From the IMG/VR virus record IMGVR_UViG_3300048999_000192, positions 64,001 to 128,000 of that record: a stretch of 64,000 nucleotides of DNA; one strand, 5' to 3'. Every line of letters begins with the position of its first letter. The first letter of the stretch is position 1. This stretch comes from a virus. Positions 18,701 through 28,802 of the stretch are shown one piece after another. The position numbers and the translations under genes were made by a program. Under the pieces are notes generated by a model, which saw only the letters and a program-made list of their open reading frames with translations, ran no database searches and was not told the DNA's origin.

Positions 18701-18832
18701 GTACGGTACCACCGTACGACGTACCTAGGTACTACCTACCCACCTACCCAACTTGGGTACTACCTACGTACGCACGGTGCTACGGTACTACCCACCCACC
18801 TACGTCCTACCGGCGTACGTGGGTAGTACCCA
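18701..18832. repeat. Iteron-like direct and inverted repeat array in divergent intergenic region
   Basis: GGTACTACC at 18728, 18756 and 18784 (28-bp period); 20-bp inverted repeat 18754-18773/18813-18832; ten GTAC. Confidence 0.8.
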
Positions 18833-18871
18833 GCCTCGCCAAGAAACCCTGGAGATGGGAGACTGCCGCGC

Positions 18872-19294
18872 ATGGCAGAGGAGATGAAGTGGTCCTACGT
18901 CGTCACAGGCGTGGGCGAAAGGTACGGCCTGAACACCTGGGGCAAGGCCGTCGAGATCGCGGGAAACCTGATCAAGGGTGGCGACGTGGTCGGCATCCAC
19001 CCTGTGCCTACTCCCGAAGCACTGGAAGAGGCAATCACCATGACCAAGCGCTACCCCGCGAAGCAGTGGACCGGTGACAACCGGGACGACGTCCAGGAGT
19101 TCATCGGCGACCGCCAGATCGAGACCGTCATGGAGCACCCGGTCTCTGGCGAGAGGATGCTCTACGTGCACACCAGCGATGGCGTGCGGGCGGTGCCCCA
19201 GGGCAGCTACCTCGTGATCATGGAGGGCTCGCTGGAGTTCTTCACGGCCGAGGACATCGAGCAGATGGCAGGCATCTCGGTCGAGGACGCCTGA
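18872..19294 (+). CDS. Hypothetical protein
   Basis: ORF with RBS. Confidence 0.6.
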   Translation: MAEEMKWSYVVTGVGERYGLNTWGKAVEIAGNLIKGGDVVGIHPVPTPEALEEAITMTKRYPAKQWTGDNRDDVQEFIGDRQIETVMEHPVSGERMLYVHTSDGVRAVPQGSYLVIMEGSLEFFTAEDIEQMAGISVEDA

Positions 19295-19295
19295 G

Positions 19296-19706
19296 GTGGG
19301 CTGGTCGCACGGGACTGACGTCTTCGACCCGGTGATCGAGCTCCTGACGGGCCAGGACAACCACTTCGGCTGGGTCATCAGCGACCCGGTGATCGAGGAG
19401 GTCGCCTACACGCTGCTCGACAAGCTCACCGGCGAGGCCGACTGGGACGACGTCGATGACAGCCTGGCCAGGTTCCAGGACTCCAAGCCCGTCGTCCGGG
19501 CGTTCAACCGGCTCGGCTGGCTGGCCCCCAACCAGTACGGCGATGACGGCCTGAGCAACATCGAGCTCCCCTGCCCCCACTGCAAGAAGCCCGTACGCGT
19601 CAACGAGTCCGGCGAGGCCGTGAAGCACGAGCCCGCCGAGGGTACATATCCCGGCCTGGTCGGCACCTGCTTCGGCTCGGGCCATCAATATCACTGGGGG
19701 TACTGA
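19296..19706 (+). CDS. Hypothetical protein with Zn ribbon
   Basis: CPHCKK..H..CFGSG. Confidence 0.65.
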   Translation: MGWSHGTDVFDPVIELLTGQDNHFGWVISDPVIEEVAYTLLDKLTGEADWDDVDDSLARFQDSKPVVRAFNRLGWLAPNQYGDDGLSNIELPCPHCKKPVRVNESGEAVKHEPAEGTYPGLVGTCFGSGHQYHWGY

Positions 19707-20014
19707 TGGCCTGGACCCGGCACGGCTACTGGTTCGGTCCGCTCCCCGAGCCGACAGAGGACCCGCCGCTGCGCGCCCGCTGCGGTGGGCCGGGCATGTG
19801 CATCGACTGCATGCGCCAGGCCTACTCCGCCACGGTCGACGAGCTCGCCCAGCGCCGCAAGCAGGTGGAGGTGCTCACCGACATCGTGCGCCCGCTGGTC
19901 CCGCTGTGGGACGCCGAGAAGCACCTGGAGCCCGAGCGGTACCGCGAGCCCCTGGACGAGCGGCTGGAGTTCTACGCCAGCGAATACGAGGACCTGAGGG
20001 GAGAGCGTAAGTGA
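19706..20014 (+). CDS. Hypothetical protein
   Basis: ARCGGPGMCIDC; coupled. Confidence 0.65.
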   Translation: MAWTRHGYWFGPLPEPTEDPPLRARCGGPGMCIDCMRQAYSATVDELAQRRKQVEVLTDIVRPLVPLWDAEKHLEPERYREPLDERLEFYASEYEDLRGERK

Positions 20015-20442
20015 CCGACCTGATCGGCCATGCCCGGCGCGAGCTGGAGCTGGCGCAGGAGAGCCCCGAGATGATCGAGGCCATCGTGAAGGTGATCGAG
20101 GCGTTCGTCACTGGCCCGCTGGTGACCGACGGCACCACCTCGGCGATGGCGGCGCAGATCATCCACCAGCTCCTCCGGCGCAGGCCCCTGACCCCTCTCA
20201 CCAACGACCCCGCCGAGTGGATCGAGCGCCTCGCCCCCAGCGGGGCCAAGATCTGGCAGAGCACGCGTACGCCCGAGGCGTTCAGCCCGGACGGCGGGAA
20301 GACCTACTGGTCGCTGGCCGAGGTCTCCCCCGAAGGCGAGCGCATCACGCGCCCCACGGCCGACAAGCCCGCCACGATGCGGCCCGCGAACATCCGCGAG
20401 GCTGCCCAGAAGATGTTCGCACAAGGAGAGGACGAAGAATGA
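20011..20442 (+). CDS. Conserved phage hypothetical protein
   Basis: HARRELE..PLTPLTNDPAEW..WQSTR..FSPDGGKTY motif pattern. Confidence 0.7.
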   Translation: MTDLIGHARRELELAQESPEMIEAIVKVIEAFVTGPLVTDGTTSAMAAQIIHQLLRRRPLTPLTNDPAEWIERLAPSGAKIWQSTRTPEAFSPDGGKTYWSLAEVSPEGERITRPTADKPATMRPANIREAAQKMFAQGEDEE

Positions 20443-20792
20443 TCGGAAAGGTACTGGTAGGTACCGCTGCCGTCTTCGGCGCCGTGGTAGCGCTGGGCAG
20501 GACGGACCGGGGCCGGGAGCTCCTGCTGGCCGCCGACGCCAGGCTGCAGGACCTGGACGCCAGGCTCAAGGCCAAGGTCGAGGAGCAGGGCGGCAACGAC
20601 GCCGCCGAGAAGCTGGAAGAGACCGTCCGCAGGGCGGCCGAGCGCGCCGCTGCCTCGCTCGGCCTGAACCTGGACGACCTGAAGGTGTACGTGCAGGGTC
20701 ACCCCGACGAGAACCCCCAGCCGGACAAGGCCGACCCGCCGCGCAAGGACGAGCACGAGGCGGACACGGAGACCGGCGGCCTCGGAGGCTGA
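20439..20792 (+). CDS. Hypothetical protein with N-terminal hydrophobic anchor
   Basis: ATGA-coupled. Confidence 0.6.
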   Translation: MIGKVLVGTAAVFGAVVALGRTDRGRELLLAADARLQDLDARLKAKVEEQGGNDAAEKLEETVRRAAERAAASLGLNLDDLKVYVQGHPDENPQPDKADPPRKDEHEADTETGGLGG

Positions 20793-20858
20793 CCGGTAGA
20801 TAACAGATTGGCCGCCTCTGGCCACATTTCTCCGGCTTTACTTGGAGCAGGTGTTACG

Positions 20859-20876
20859 CTCCAAGGAGTCTTGGAG
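20859..20876. promoter_or_regulatory. Perfect operator-like palindrome
   Basis: CTCCAAG-GAGT-CTTGGAG. Confidence 0.65.
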
Positions 20877-20958
20877 AGTGTGGCCGGGGGCGGTTCCGTC
20901 GGTGGACCCCGACGGAACATCCCGGCCGTCATCATCAACTCGATCGCGAGGTGGGCAG

Positions 20959-21309
20959 ATGAAGGGCCGGGACCAGCTCGAACAGCTCGTCAGGGATCAC
21001 ATCCCCGAGCTCGCACGCCGGGCGCGTGCGGGACTGAACTTCCGTCAGGCCGCACCCGATCAGCTCGGTGAGCTGATGGCCGACAAGATCGAGCAGGAGA
21101 TCGCCGAGCTGCGTGCGGCCGACAGCCGTGCCGAGCGCATCGACCGGCTGGCCGCCATGTACGAGCTGATCGAGCGCCTCGCCGCGCGCCAGAAGGTCAG
21201 CATGCCGGAGCTGGCCGTACGGGCCAAGGAGCTCGATCTGGACAAGGGCTCGTTCCGGCTCGGCATGGTCATGATCGGCAAGACCCCGAAGGAGGAGGAC
21301 CGTGGCTGA
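20959..21309 (+). CDS. MazG-like/PRA-PH-like NTP pyrophosphohydrolase fold (degenerate)
   Basis: LVRDHIPE..KIEQEIAEL..KGSF pattern. Confidence 0.6.
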   Translation: MKGRDQLEQLVRDHIPELARRARAGLNFRQAAPDQLGELMADKIEQEIAELRAADSRAERIDRLAAMYELIERLAARQKVSMPELAVRAKELDLDKGSFRLGMVMIGKTPKEEDRG

Positions 21310-21775
21310 AGAGCCCGACGAGATCAAGCCGATGACGCCGGAGCAGGTCGCTCTGCTGATGAAGAACCCCGAGATCCTGAAGGGTCTGCAGAAGCTGTTC
21401 GGCCGTCTCGGGCCGCCGCCGGGCATCGTCGAGGACCTGACCATGGCGACCGAGGAGGAGCGCAACCGGTTCACCGAGTGGTACCGCGAGCGCGGCCCCC
21501 GTTCCGACTGGTGCTGGAGCGACGAGGTACCCGCCCCCGACCGGCCCGTTTACACCAACCCCGCGACGGGTGACCGCTGGCACTTCGACGGCAGGCTCTA
21601 CTACGTCGACTTCGCCCCGCGTCAGCATCCCGAGCCGATGTACGACGACTTCGCCGAGGCCAAGCGGCTCACCGCCCAGCTCCTGCACGGCTACCCGCCC
21701 AAGCCCATGCTGCCCGGGTTCGTCTGCGACTGCGGGGACAAGGCCTGCAACGCCGGTCTGGTCGTGACCGACTGA
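21302..21775 (+). CDS. Hypothetical protein
   Basis: GGAGGA RBS. Confidence 0.65.
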   Translation: MAEEPDEIKPMTPEQVALLMKNPEILKGLQKLFGRLGPPPGIVEDLTMATEEERNRFTEWYRERGPRSDWCWSDEVPAPDRPVYTNPATGDRWHFDGRLYYVDFAPRQHPEPMYDDFAEAKRLTAQLLHGYPPKPMLPGFVCDCGDKACNAGLVVTD

Positions 21776-22188
21776 TGATCCGCGAGGAGAAGTTCGTCCT
21801 GTCCAAGCGCCCGTACGCCGTGGATCTCAACAGCTTCCGCGAGACCGACTGGGGCAACCAGTTCTCGATCAATGCCGTCTGGTTCCGGCGGCGGCGGAGC
21901 CAGGTCGGCCTGCCGATCCGTACGGTCGCCTGCATCGGTGATCTGTCCACCTTCGGAGTGGACCACCCCGAGACCGCCATCGACTTCATGGAGCGCTACA
22001 CCGACGGCCGGTATGGCGGCAACTGCATCGGCCGCTGGGACGGTGAGGGCTATTGGGGCGACGAGCGCCCCCACGTCCAGGCCGAGCACCTGAAGATCCT
22101 CCAGCCGATGCTGGAGAACTACCCCGAGCTGCCGCCGGGCCATGACGGCTGGTGGCGCTTCGAGACCCGCAAGGAGCTGTACGGATGA
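21775..22188 (+). CDS. Hypothetical protein
   Basis: TGATG-coupled. Confidence 0.65.
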   Translation: MIREEKFVLSKRPYAVDLNSFRETDWGNQFSINAVWFRRRRSQVGLPIRTVACIGDLSTFGVDHPETAIDFMERYTDGRYGGNCIGRWDGEGYWGDERPHVQAEHLKILQPMLENYPELPPGHDGWWRFETRKELYG

Positions 22189-22595
22189 GTCATATCCGCA
22201 TCGAGCGCGCAGCTCCGGACGGGCCGGTGCTGCGCGTCATCATGAACAGCGTCGTCTACGACGTGGCCGAGGGGCACCCGCTCGCGGAAGGCATGGTCGA
22301 GGTCCTCACCGTCGCCCCGCACCAGGGGACGCCGACCGAGACCGCCCGGCTGGCCGAGATCCGCAGGAACCATCTCTTCGAGCAGCAGATGCTCAGCGTC
22401 AAGAGGCGGGACGACTACTCCACCCAGGCCTCGGTCGACCGCGCCGACCTGCTGGCCATCCTGGACAAGGTGATGGGGATCGTCGGCGACTGGTGCGTGG
22501 AGTCCAACACCTCCGGCGGCATCGACGCGGGTGATCTGTCCTGGCGTCTGGAGGAGGCGGGCTACCCGCTCTGGGACGGCGACGACGATGAGTGA
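22185..22595 (+). CDS. Hypothetical protein
   Basis: ATGA-coupled. Confidence 0.6.
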   Translation: MSHIRIERAAPDGPVLRVIMNSVVYDVAEGHPLAEGMVEVLTVAPHQGTPTETARLAEIRRNHLFEQQMLSVKRRDDYSTQASVDRADLLAILDKVMGIVGDWCVESNTSGGIDAGDLSWRLEEAGYPLWDGDDDE

Positions 22596-22917
22596 TCTGC
22601 TCACCGAGGTCGCCTTCGCATTGACGCAGGAGCACTACCGGCGCTCCTGGCTGCAGATCGAAGCCTCCCCCGAGGATCACTCCAAGGCCATGGCCGAGGT
22701 GGCGCTGGCCACCATCGCCGACAAGCTGGAGGCACCGGACTCGGACCTGTGCGACTGCGCCTGGCTCGAAGACCGGTCGGCGTCCACGCCGCCGATCAGC
22801 CCCCGGACCGGGATCAAGATGGCCCATCACTGCGAGTGCACGGCCGTGACGGCGTCCCGCGCAGTACGGCGCGGCGCGGCGACGCTGCACGAGCAGGAGT
22901 GCAGTTGTGGCGAATGA
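22588..22917 (+). CDS. Hypothetical protein
   Basis: Coupled; CDC..HHCEC. Confidence 0.6.
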   Translation: MSDLLTEVAFALTQEHYRRSWLQIEASPEDHSKAMAEVALATIADKLEAPDSDLCDCAWLEDRSASTPPISPRTGIKMAHHCECTAVTASRAVRRGAATLHEQECSCGE

Positions 22918-23149
22918 GATCAAGGGCTGGGCGGCAACCCTGGCCGCCCTCATGCTCGAAGGCGCGATGGATCACGAGAATCACCGCGAGAAGTTCCCCG
23001 ACGAGGAGACGTTCGAGGCGGTGATGAGTGAGCTGGGGGCTATCGCTCGCCGCCTGCGCGGGCGGGGGAGTGACCTGCCGCCGGGTGCGCCCTTCCGCTG
23101 GCACGACCAGCCGACCGGAGAATGGTGGGACCGTGGCGGACCTCTGTGA
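22907..23149 (+). CDS. Hypothetical protein
   Basis: Coupled. Confidence 0.55.
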   Translation: MANEIKGWAATLAALMLEGAMDHENHREKFPDEETFEAVMSELGAIARRLRGRGSDLPPGAPFRWHDQPTGEWWDRGGPL

Positions 23150-23327
23150 AATCCCGCACCCCGATCACCCCGAGGTGCTCTGCGACAAGCCCAAGCCCTG
23201 CTACGCCTACTGCTGCAACTCCGAGCACCACCTGACGTGGAACGACCGGCCGATCCCCGGTGACAAGAGGCCTGACCCCGCGCGCATGGTCGACCTCGTG
23301 CAGACGATTCGCCGGTACAACCGCTGA
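23133..23327 (+). CDS. Small Cys/His-rich protein
   Basis: GTG start; CEIPHPDHPEVLC..CC..HH. Confidence 0.55.
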   Translation: MADLCEIPHPDHPEVLCDKPKPCYAYCCNSEHHLTWNDRPIPGDKRPDPARMVDLVQTIRRYNR

Positions 23328-23332
23328 CCCCT

Positions 23333-23368
23333 GCTGTCCCTCCCACGCTGCCTCCCCGGAAGAGGTGA
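23333..23368 (+). promoter_or_regulatory. Putative late promoter
   Basis: GCTGT-N21-GAAGAGGTGA. Confidence 0.7.
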
Positions 23369-23387
23369 GCGAGGGAGGGATCTGCAT

Positions 23388-25337
23388 ATGGGCGCAGAAG
23401 CGGTCAGGCGGCTACGCACCGCCGAGGGCCCAGAGCCCGGCGACGAGCCGACCGCTGAACCCATGCGCGCACAGCGCCGTGGACGCTCTAAGCCCTCCCG
23501 GGAGGACCTGAGGGTCCGGAACCGCACGCGACGCTCGTACGAGACGCCTCAGGCCCGTACGGCCGCCCTCCGCTGCCTCGCCTGCGGCTGCACCGGTCCC
23601 GCCGCCGACCGCTGTGCCGCCTGCGGCTCACTGGCCGTCCAGGCCAACTGGGAGACCGCCCTCGGCCACGGCACCGAGCGCCAGACCGACTGGGACGATG
23701 TCACCCAGGGCTGGAACATGGATCACGCCCGTATCCACCGGGCGATCACACTGCACCCCAGCTCCGACGTCTACGACAAGATCGAGGACCCCGACGTCCC
23801 GGACGAGGAGAAGGCCCAGCACCTGCTGAGCCACCTGCAGAACGGCGGGCGCTCCCTCGGTCGGCACTGGTCGACGGACCTGGACCACGCCAAGCGCGTC
23901 GCGCGGGACGAGGGCTGGTCGGCGATCGGCAACAACTCCTCCGACGACGAGGAGAACGAGTACAAGCTCCCGCTGTCGGTCATGGTGCACGCCAAGTTCC
24001 CCGAGCGGCACCACATCGAGACCGACCCCAGCGTGCTGGAGGAGCACCACGTCACCCCGTGGGGCGGCTCGGAGCACTTCAGCGACGAGTCCGAGGTCCC
24101 GCTGAAGCCGGACGCCAAGGTGCACGTGACGGGGCTGTCCTGGTCGACCAAGACCAACCCGCACCCCAGCGAGTGGACGACCCACCGTTACGACAAGGAC
24201 ACCGAGGCGCACGAGCAGGCGCAGGAGTCCGCGCGCCAGGAGCGCATGGACAACCTGAAGAAGAGCTTCAAGCACGAGGGCAAGCTGGCCAGCGGTGCGT
24301 TCCACGCCCAGCTCCCTCCAGATGCGCACGCGCGGGTGGTGGATGAGAGCCGCCCTGCCGGTGAGAGGGCCAAAGAGCTGCTCGACCACCTGGGCCAGGG
24401 CCACGGCAGCATCCACTGGAGCGAGGGCGCGACCAGCATGCCGCTGGGTCAGGCCAAGATGAGCGCCAACGCGCTGCACCGCAAGACGGGATCGCCAGCG
24501 ATCAGCGGGGAGCTGCGGGGGGTGACCCCCGAGGGCACGACCAAGTACGACGCGGAGCACGGCCTGTCGGGGATCAACCTGCCCATCCACGCGATGCGGT
24601 GGCAGGAGAGCGCACCCGAGCACCCGTACAAGTCGACCGAGCACGAGCACGAGTTTGGGAAGCCGATGACCCATCAGGCTCTGGTACTCGACTGTGAGGC
24701 CTGCGGCCACATGAGCCGTACGGCCTCCTCACGCTGCCGCGCCTGCGGGTCGCTCGCGCTCAAGACGGCCACCGTGCTGATGACCCAGATCGAGCGGGCC
24801 AACCCCGGCGACCAGATGCGCACCCCGCAGGGGCAGTCGGTGCACGTCAAGAAGATCCGCCCGCACGAGACCGACAACACCAAGGTCTACGTGGACACCG
24901 ACCTGGGCACCGCCGTGATGAGCCGTGGCACCGAGGTCAACCTCACCCAGGGGGAGCGCCAGCAGGAGCTCCCTAACTCGGGCAACCCCAGCGGCAACGC
25001 GGGCATGCTGCCCGGCGCCGGGCGCACACCGACGGGAGAGGGTGACGCCGGAGGCGGCGGCTACGCGGCACCACGCTGCCCGCGCGATGGCACCAAGATG
25101 GTCCAGCGCGGGAACACCTGGATCTGCCCCATCGACAACACCACCGCACCACTGTCCTCGGCTCCCGCCGGGATGCAGCCGACCAACCGCGAGACGGGCC
25201 AGATCCTGACCCGCTCGCCAGGACGCAAGCCCCCGCAGACACACCTGTGGGCCACCTATCACACAGCCGGACAGCCTCCGGCGATCGTCCGGCGGGCACG
25301 GCAGGTGCTCGACACCATGGAGGAGATTCGATCGTGA
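23388..25337 (+). CDS. Head-module polyprotein: Zn ribbons plus ADP-ribosyltransferase-like domain(s)
   Basis: CLACG/CAACG, IHRA..GRHWSTD..ESEVPL (R-S-E pattern), second degenerate copy; RTA/KTA junctions. Confidence 0.7.
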   Translation: MGAEAVRRLRTAEGPEPGDEPTAEPMRAQRRGRSKPSREDLRVRNRTRRSYETPQARTAALRCLACGCTGPAADRCAACGSLAVQANWETALGHGTERQTDWDDVTQGWNMDHARIHRAITLHPSSDVYDKIEDPDVPDEEKAQHLLSHLQNGGRSLGRHWSTDLDHAKRVARDEGWSAIGNNSSDDEENEYKLPLSVMVHAKFPERHHIETDPSVLEEHHVTPWGGSEHFSDESEVPLKPDAKVHVTGLSWSTKTNPHPSEWTTHRYDKDTEAHEQAQESARQERMDNLKKSFKHEGKLASGAFHAQLPPDAHARVVDESRPAGERAKELLDHLGQGHGSIHWSEGATSMPLGQAKMSANALHRKTGSPAISGELRGVTPEGTTKYDAEHGLSGINLPIHAMRWQESAPEHPYKSTEHEHEFGKPMTHQALVLDCEACGHMSRTASSRCRACGSLALKTATVLMTQIERANPGDQMRTPQGQSVHVKKIRPHETDNTKVYVDTDLGTAVMSRGTEVNLTQGERQQELPNSGNPSGNAGMLPGAGRTPTGEGDAGGGGYAAPRCPRDGTKMVQRGNTWICPIDNTTAPLSSAPAGMQPTNRETGQILTRSPGRKPPQTHLWATYHTAGQPPAIVRRARQVLDTMEEIRS

Positions 25338-27523
25338 ACAAGCGCGCAAGCCTTGTCCAGGCGATCACGGCGGCGGGCACCTTCCAGGAGCAGGCCGCCC
25401 TCGTCGCACGACTGGCCGAGCACGACCGCCTCGCGGTCGAGGCGGCCCGCCAGGACCGCGAGTGGGGCACGGCCGGGACCATCGTCGAGCAGACGATGAC
25501 TCCGGTCGCGGTGCACGAGCGCCACACCGCCGCCACCGACTGGATCGGCGACCTGGACACCTCGGGTGGCAACTACCACCAGGAGATCTGCGCGGAGGCC
25601 AGCCTCTGGTACGGCCGGGTCAACGCGATGGTCAAGGGCGACGGCGAGGAGTTCGCCGAGCAGGCGCGCGGCATGGCGCGGCGCACCGCCGGGAAGTACG
25701 GGGAGTCGGCCGACGCCGCCGCCCAGACCTTCCTGGACTACGTCGCGTTCCTGCGCTCCAAGGAGGCGGCCAGCGGCCTGCCCCAGATCGACCAGGAGTT
25801 CGACCCCAAGGACAACCCGGCACCGACCCCGCTGCCGACCGAGACCTTCCCGACCTTCGGGCCGGACGTCCACCCGATCAACGAGGGCGTGGACGGCCCG
25901 CGCACCGGCTCGCCGCTGATCGACGAGATCGAGGGCTACGGCGCCCCGTACGGTCAGGGCGAGGAGAAGCCGGGTGGCCACTCCACCTCCATGGACGAGT
26001 CCGGCAGCTACGCCGAGGTGCCGCTGGGCGCGCCGGGGCAGATCCCGACCGAGGAGTACAGCAAGACCTCGGCGCTGATCGACGCACCGACCGTGGCCAT
26101 CGGCTACGAGATGAACCTGGACGACTACCGGGCCGAGCTGCAGCGTCAGGCGGCGGCCCAGGCCGGTGGTGCCGCCCCTTTCGTCCGTGAGGCCAGGTCG
26201 GCCGAGGACGATGCCCGTCGCCAGGCGTACGGGGACGACGAGACCGAGGATGACAGCCCGGCCTCCAAGGAGGACGACGCGCGCCGTCAGGCGTATGAGA
26301 AGGAGGCCGCGTCCAGCCTGCCGACTCAGCACCAGGTGATCGACCCCAACAACATGCCGACGCCGGAGGCCGACACCTTCAACACCGAGGTGGCCTTCCC
26401 GCTGAACCCGGCCTTCGACAAGCAGGTCAAGAGCGAGGAGCTGCCGCCCGCCGAGAACGTGGCGCAGGCCAAGCGCCGGGCGTTCGTGGCCGGTCTGCTG
26501 GCGCGGGAGCCGAAGACCTGGTCCCCGGTCGAGCGTGCCGAGGTGGCCGACTTCCTGTCCAAGGCGGCCGGGCTCACCAAGCAGGCGGATGAGTTCTCGG
26601 CACCTCACGATGTGCCAGCTAGCGAGACGCCGGTTGGCAACTCGGCCAACACCACCCCGCAGCCTTCCTCTGGCTCCTACGCCAAGGGGCAGACCGACGG
26701 GGCGGCCGACCGTGCCGCCGGTGAGGCCCCGACCTTCTCGGACGCCTCCTCGGGCGCGAGCGACTACGTCAAGGGCTACAGCGAGGCCTACAGCGGCGCG
26801 CAGGGCGCCTCTGTGCCCCAGGACGTACCGGTCTCGATGGGCGGCGACAACGGGCAGATGCAGAACGCTGCGGACTCCCAGAACGCCGCGCAGACGGCCA
26901 TGGCGGCCAAGACGGCGACCATCAAGAGCCCGTTCAGCGGCCTGGTGCGCGAGGCGAGCCTGAGCACGCCGGACTTCGTCAAGGGCTTCAACTTCGCCCG
27001 CAACTGGAAGCCCGGCCAGCGGCTGGTCGCCACCGGCTCGGCGGAGTTCGAGGAGGGCCTGTACGCGGGCATCACCGAGCGCCCGAAGCTGCAGGCCTCC
27101 TGGGTCGTGGCGCACCGTAAGGCGGCCAAGGCCCTGAACAAGCCCGAGCTGATGAAGCGCATCAGCATCCACGAGCGCGTCACCCGCCGCTTCGCCCGCA
27201 AGAACCCCAGCGCTCTGGTGCGGGGCTTCTACGTGCAGGCGGGGACGTCCACCGACCTGCTGACCATGGGCCCTGGCGCGAGCCCGGACCCGATGGGCGG
27301 CACGCCGATCAATGGGCCCGGCACCCCGCCGCCCATGGAAGGCGGCACCGACCCGGCGCGGCCGGGTGGGCCCGCGATGTACAACGGCGCGCCGCCGTAC
27401 GGCTCGCCGGTCGCTCCGGACCCGGTGATGGGCCAGCAGGGCACGCCGGACGCCGCGCAGCGCCAGGCGGCGTTCCGCACGGTCGTCCAGGCCGAGCTCA
27501 AGAAGATGCAGGAGGCATCGTGA
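25334..27523 (+). CDS. Large acidic, Ala/Pro/Gly-rich putative internal virion protein
   Basis: GTGA-coupled; many KEA/REA/KQA/KTA/HTA motifs; EDDARRQAY duplicated. Confidence 0.7.
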   Translation: MNKRASLVQAITAAGTFQEQAALVARLAEHDRLAVEAARQDREWGTAGTIVEQTMTPVAVHERHTAATDWIGDLDTSGGNYHQEICAEASLWYGRVNAMVKGDGEEFAEQARGMARRTAGKYGESADAAAQTFLDYVAFLRSKEAASGLPQIDQEFDPKDNPAPTPLPTETFPTFGPDVHPINEGVDGPRTGSPLIDEIEGYGAPYGQGEEKPGGHSTSMDESGSYAEVPLGAPGQIPTEEYSKTSALIDAPTVAIGYEMNLDDYRAELQRQAAAQAGGAAPFVREARSAEDDARRQAYGDDETEDDSPASKEDDARRQAYEKEAASSLPTQHQVIDPNNMPTPEADTFNTEVAFPLNPAFDKQVKSEELPPAENVAQAKRRAFVAGLLAREPKTWSPVERAEVADFLSKAAGLTKQADEFSAPHDVPASETPVGNSANTTPQPSSGSYAKGQTDGAADRAAGEAPTFSDASSGASDYVKGYSEAYSGAQGASVPQDVPVSMGGDNGQMQNAADSQNAAQTAMAAKTATIKSPFSGLVREASLSTPDFVKGFNFARNWKPGQRLVATGSAEFEEGLYAGITERPKLQASWVVAHRKAAKALNKPELMKRISIHERVTRRFARKNPSALVRGFYVQAGTSTDLLTMGPGASPDPMGGTPINGPGTPPPMEGGTDPARPGGPAMYNGAPPYGSPVAPDPVMGQQGTPDAAQRQAAFRTVVQAELKKMQEAS

Positions 27524-28794
27524 CGACCGATCAGTTCGCGTCCCTGTGGACCGAGGCCTCCCGGGACGTGGAGCGCGAGAACGCGCTGCGTGCCGAGGCC
27601 CTGGCCAGTGCCAAGCTGGGCGCGGTTTGGCCCTTCTTCGCCCTGGCGCAGTCCAAGCCGGAGCTGGAGCATCGCAAGGCGCTGGCACGTGAGTCCCTGG
27701 AGGAGATCGCGGCCAGCACCGGCCTGCCGCTGGCCCGCATCGCCGAGATCATCGACCAGCACTTCACCCTGCTCGCCGAGGCCCGCATGTCCAAGCAGGC
27801 CGAGGAAGAGGAGGGCGGCCAGTGGGAGGTCGTCGACAAGGCTACGGACGCAAAGGTCGCAGGCCCTTTCGATGATCGGGAGAAGGCACAAGAGGCCATC
27901 GCGGACAACGACTCCGGGCTGCCTTCTTCCGAGCTGAAGATCGTGCCGGTGAACGAGTCCGAGGACGAGGGCGAGGAGAAAGAGGCCAGCCTCCGTCACC
28001 AGGCCATCCCCGAGGGCGAGAACATCCTGGCCGAGACGGTCAACGACGCCTCTGGTGCCTTCCCGGCCTCGGTCGAGAAGCTGCCCGAGCACGATGAGGG
28101 CCCGGACGCCAACATCCCGCCGGAGGCCTACTCCACGGTCAGCATGCCCCAGCCGGGCGACTCGGGTGCGAGCAACCCGCAGTCCATGGCGGTCAAGATC
28201 GACATGAGCGTGGCCGAGGCGCGCAAGATCATGCAGCTCGCACTCACCGGCAGTCGTAAGACCGCCGTCGGCGAGTACGTCGACCCGTCCCAGCAGCAGG
28301 GTCAGCAGGCCCCGATGCCGGACGCGCCGGAGTCGGCCACCGGGATGGACACCGGCATGCCGCCGGAGGGCCAGCCGACTCCGGGCCAGGATCCGGGTGG
28401 CCAGGTCGCCACCGACCCCTACCCGATGACCACCAAGCCCGCCCAGCAGCCTGGCGCGCCGGGCGGCGGCGGGGACATGGGCGGGGACACCGAGGGGGAC
28501 GGCGGAGACCCCGTCTCGGACCAGATCGACCAGGTCACCTCGGCGATTCGCAGGGACAACCCCGGGGTCAGCACGTCGGTCGCCAGGCGGGTCGCCCGCC
28601 AGGCCGTGGCCAAGATGCTGACGGCCGCCGGGAGCGACGGGATCGACTACACCCACCCGACGATCCCCAAGGCCGCCCCGGCGGGCGGCGAGGAGGACGA
28701 GGACGAGAGCCTGGCCGGTCACGCCGCCGAGACGGCCGGAGCCGGTGCCGCCCTGAAGGTCCTGCCCAAGGTTCTTCCGCTACTCGCCCTGTAG
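27520..28794 (+). CDS. Acidic putative head-assembly/internal protein
   Basis: GTGA-coupled; KQA, KEA and KTA motifs. Confidence 0.7.
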   Translation: MTTDQFASLWTEASRDVERENALRAEALASAKLGAVWPFFALAQSKPELEHRKALARESLEEIAASTGLPLARIAEIIDQHFTLLAEARMSKQAEEEEGGQWEVVDKATDAKVAGPFDDREKAQEAIADNDSGLPSSELKIVPVNESEDEGEEKEASLRHQAIPEGENILAETVNDASGAFPASVEKLPEHDEGPDANIPPEAYSTVSMPQPGDSGASNPQSMAVKIDMSVAEARKIMQLALTGSRKTAVGEYVDPSQQQGQQAPMPDAPESATGMDTGMPPEGQPTPGQDPGGQVATDPYPMTTKPAQQPGAPGGGGDMGGDTEGDGGDPVSDQIDQVTSAIRRDNPGVSTSVARRVARQAVAKMLTAAGSDGIDYTHPTIPKAAPAGGEEDEDESLAGHAAETAGAGAALKVLPKVLPLLAL

Positions 28795-28802
28795 GAGATG
28801 AC

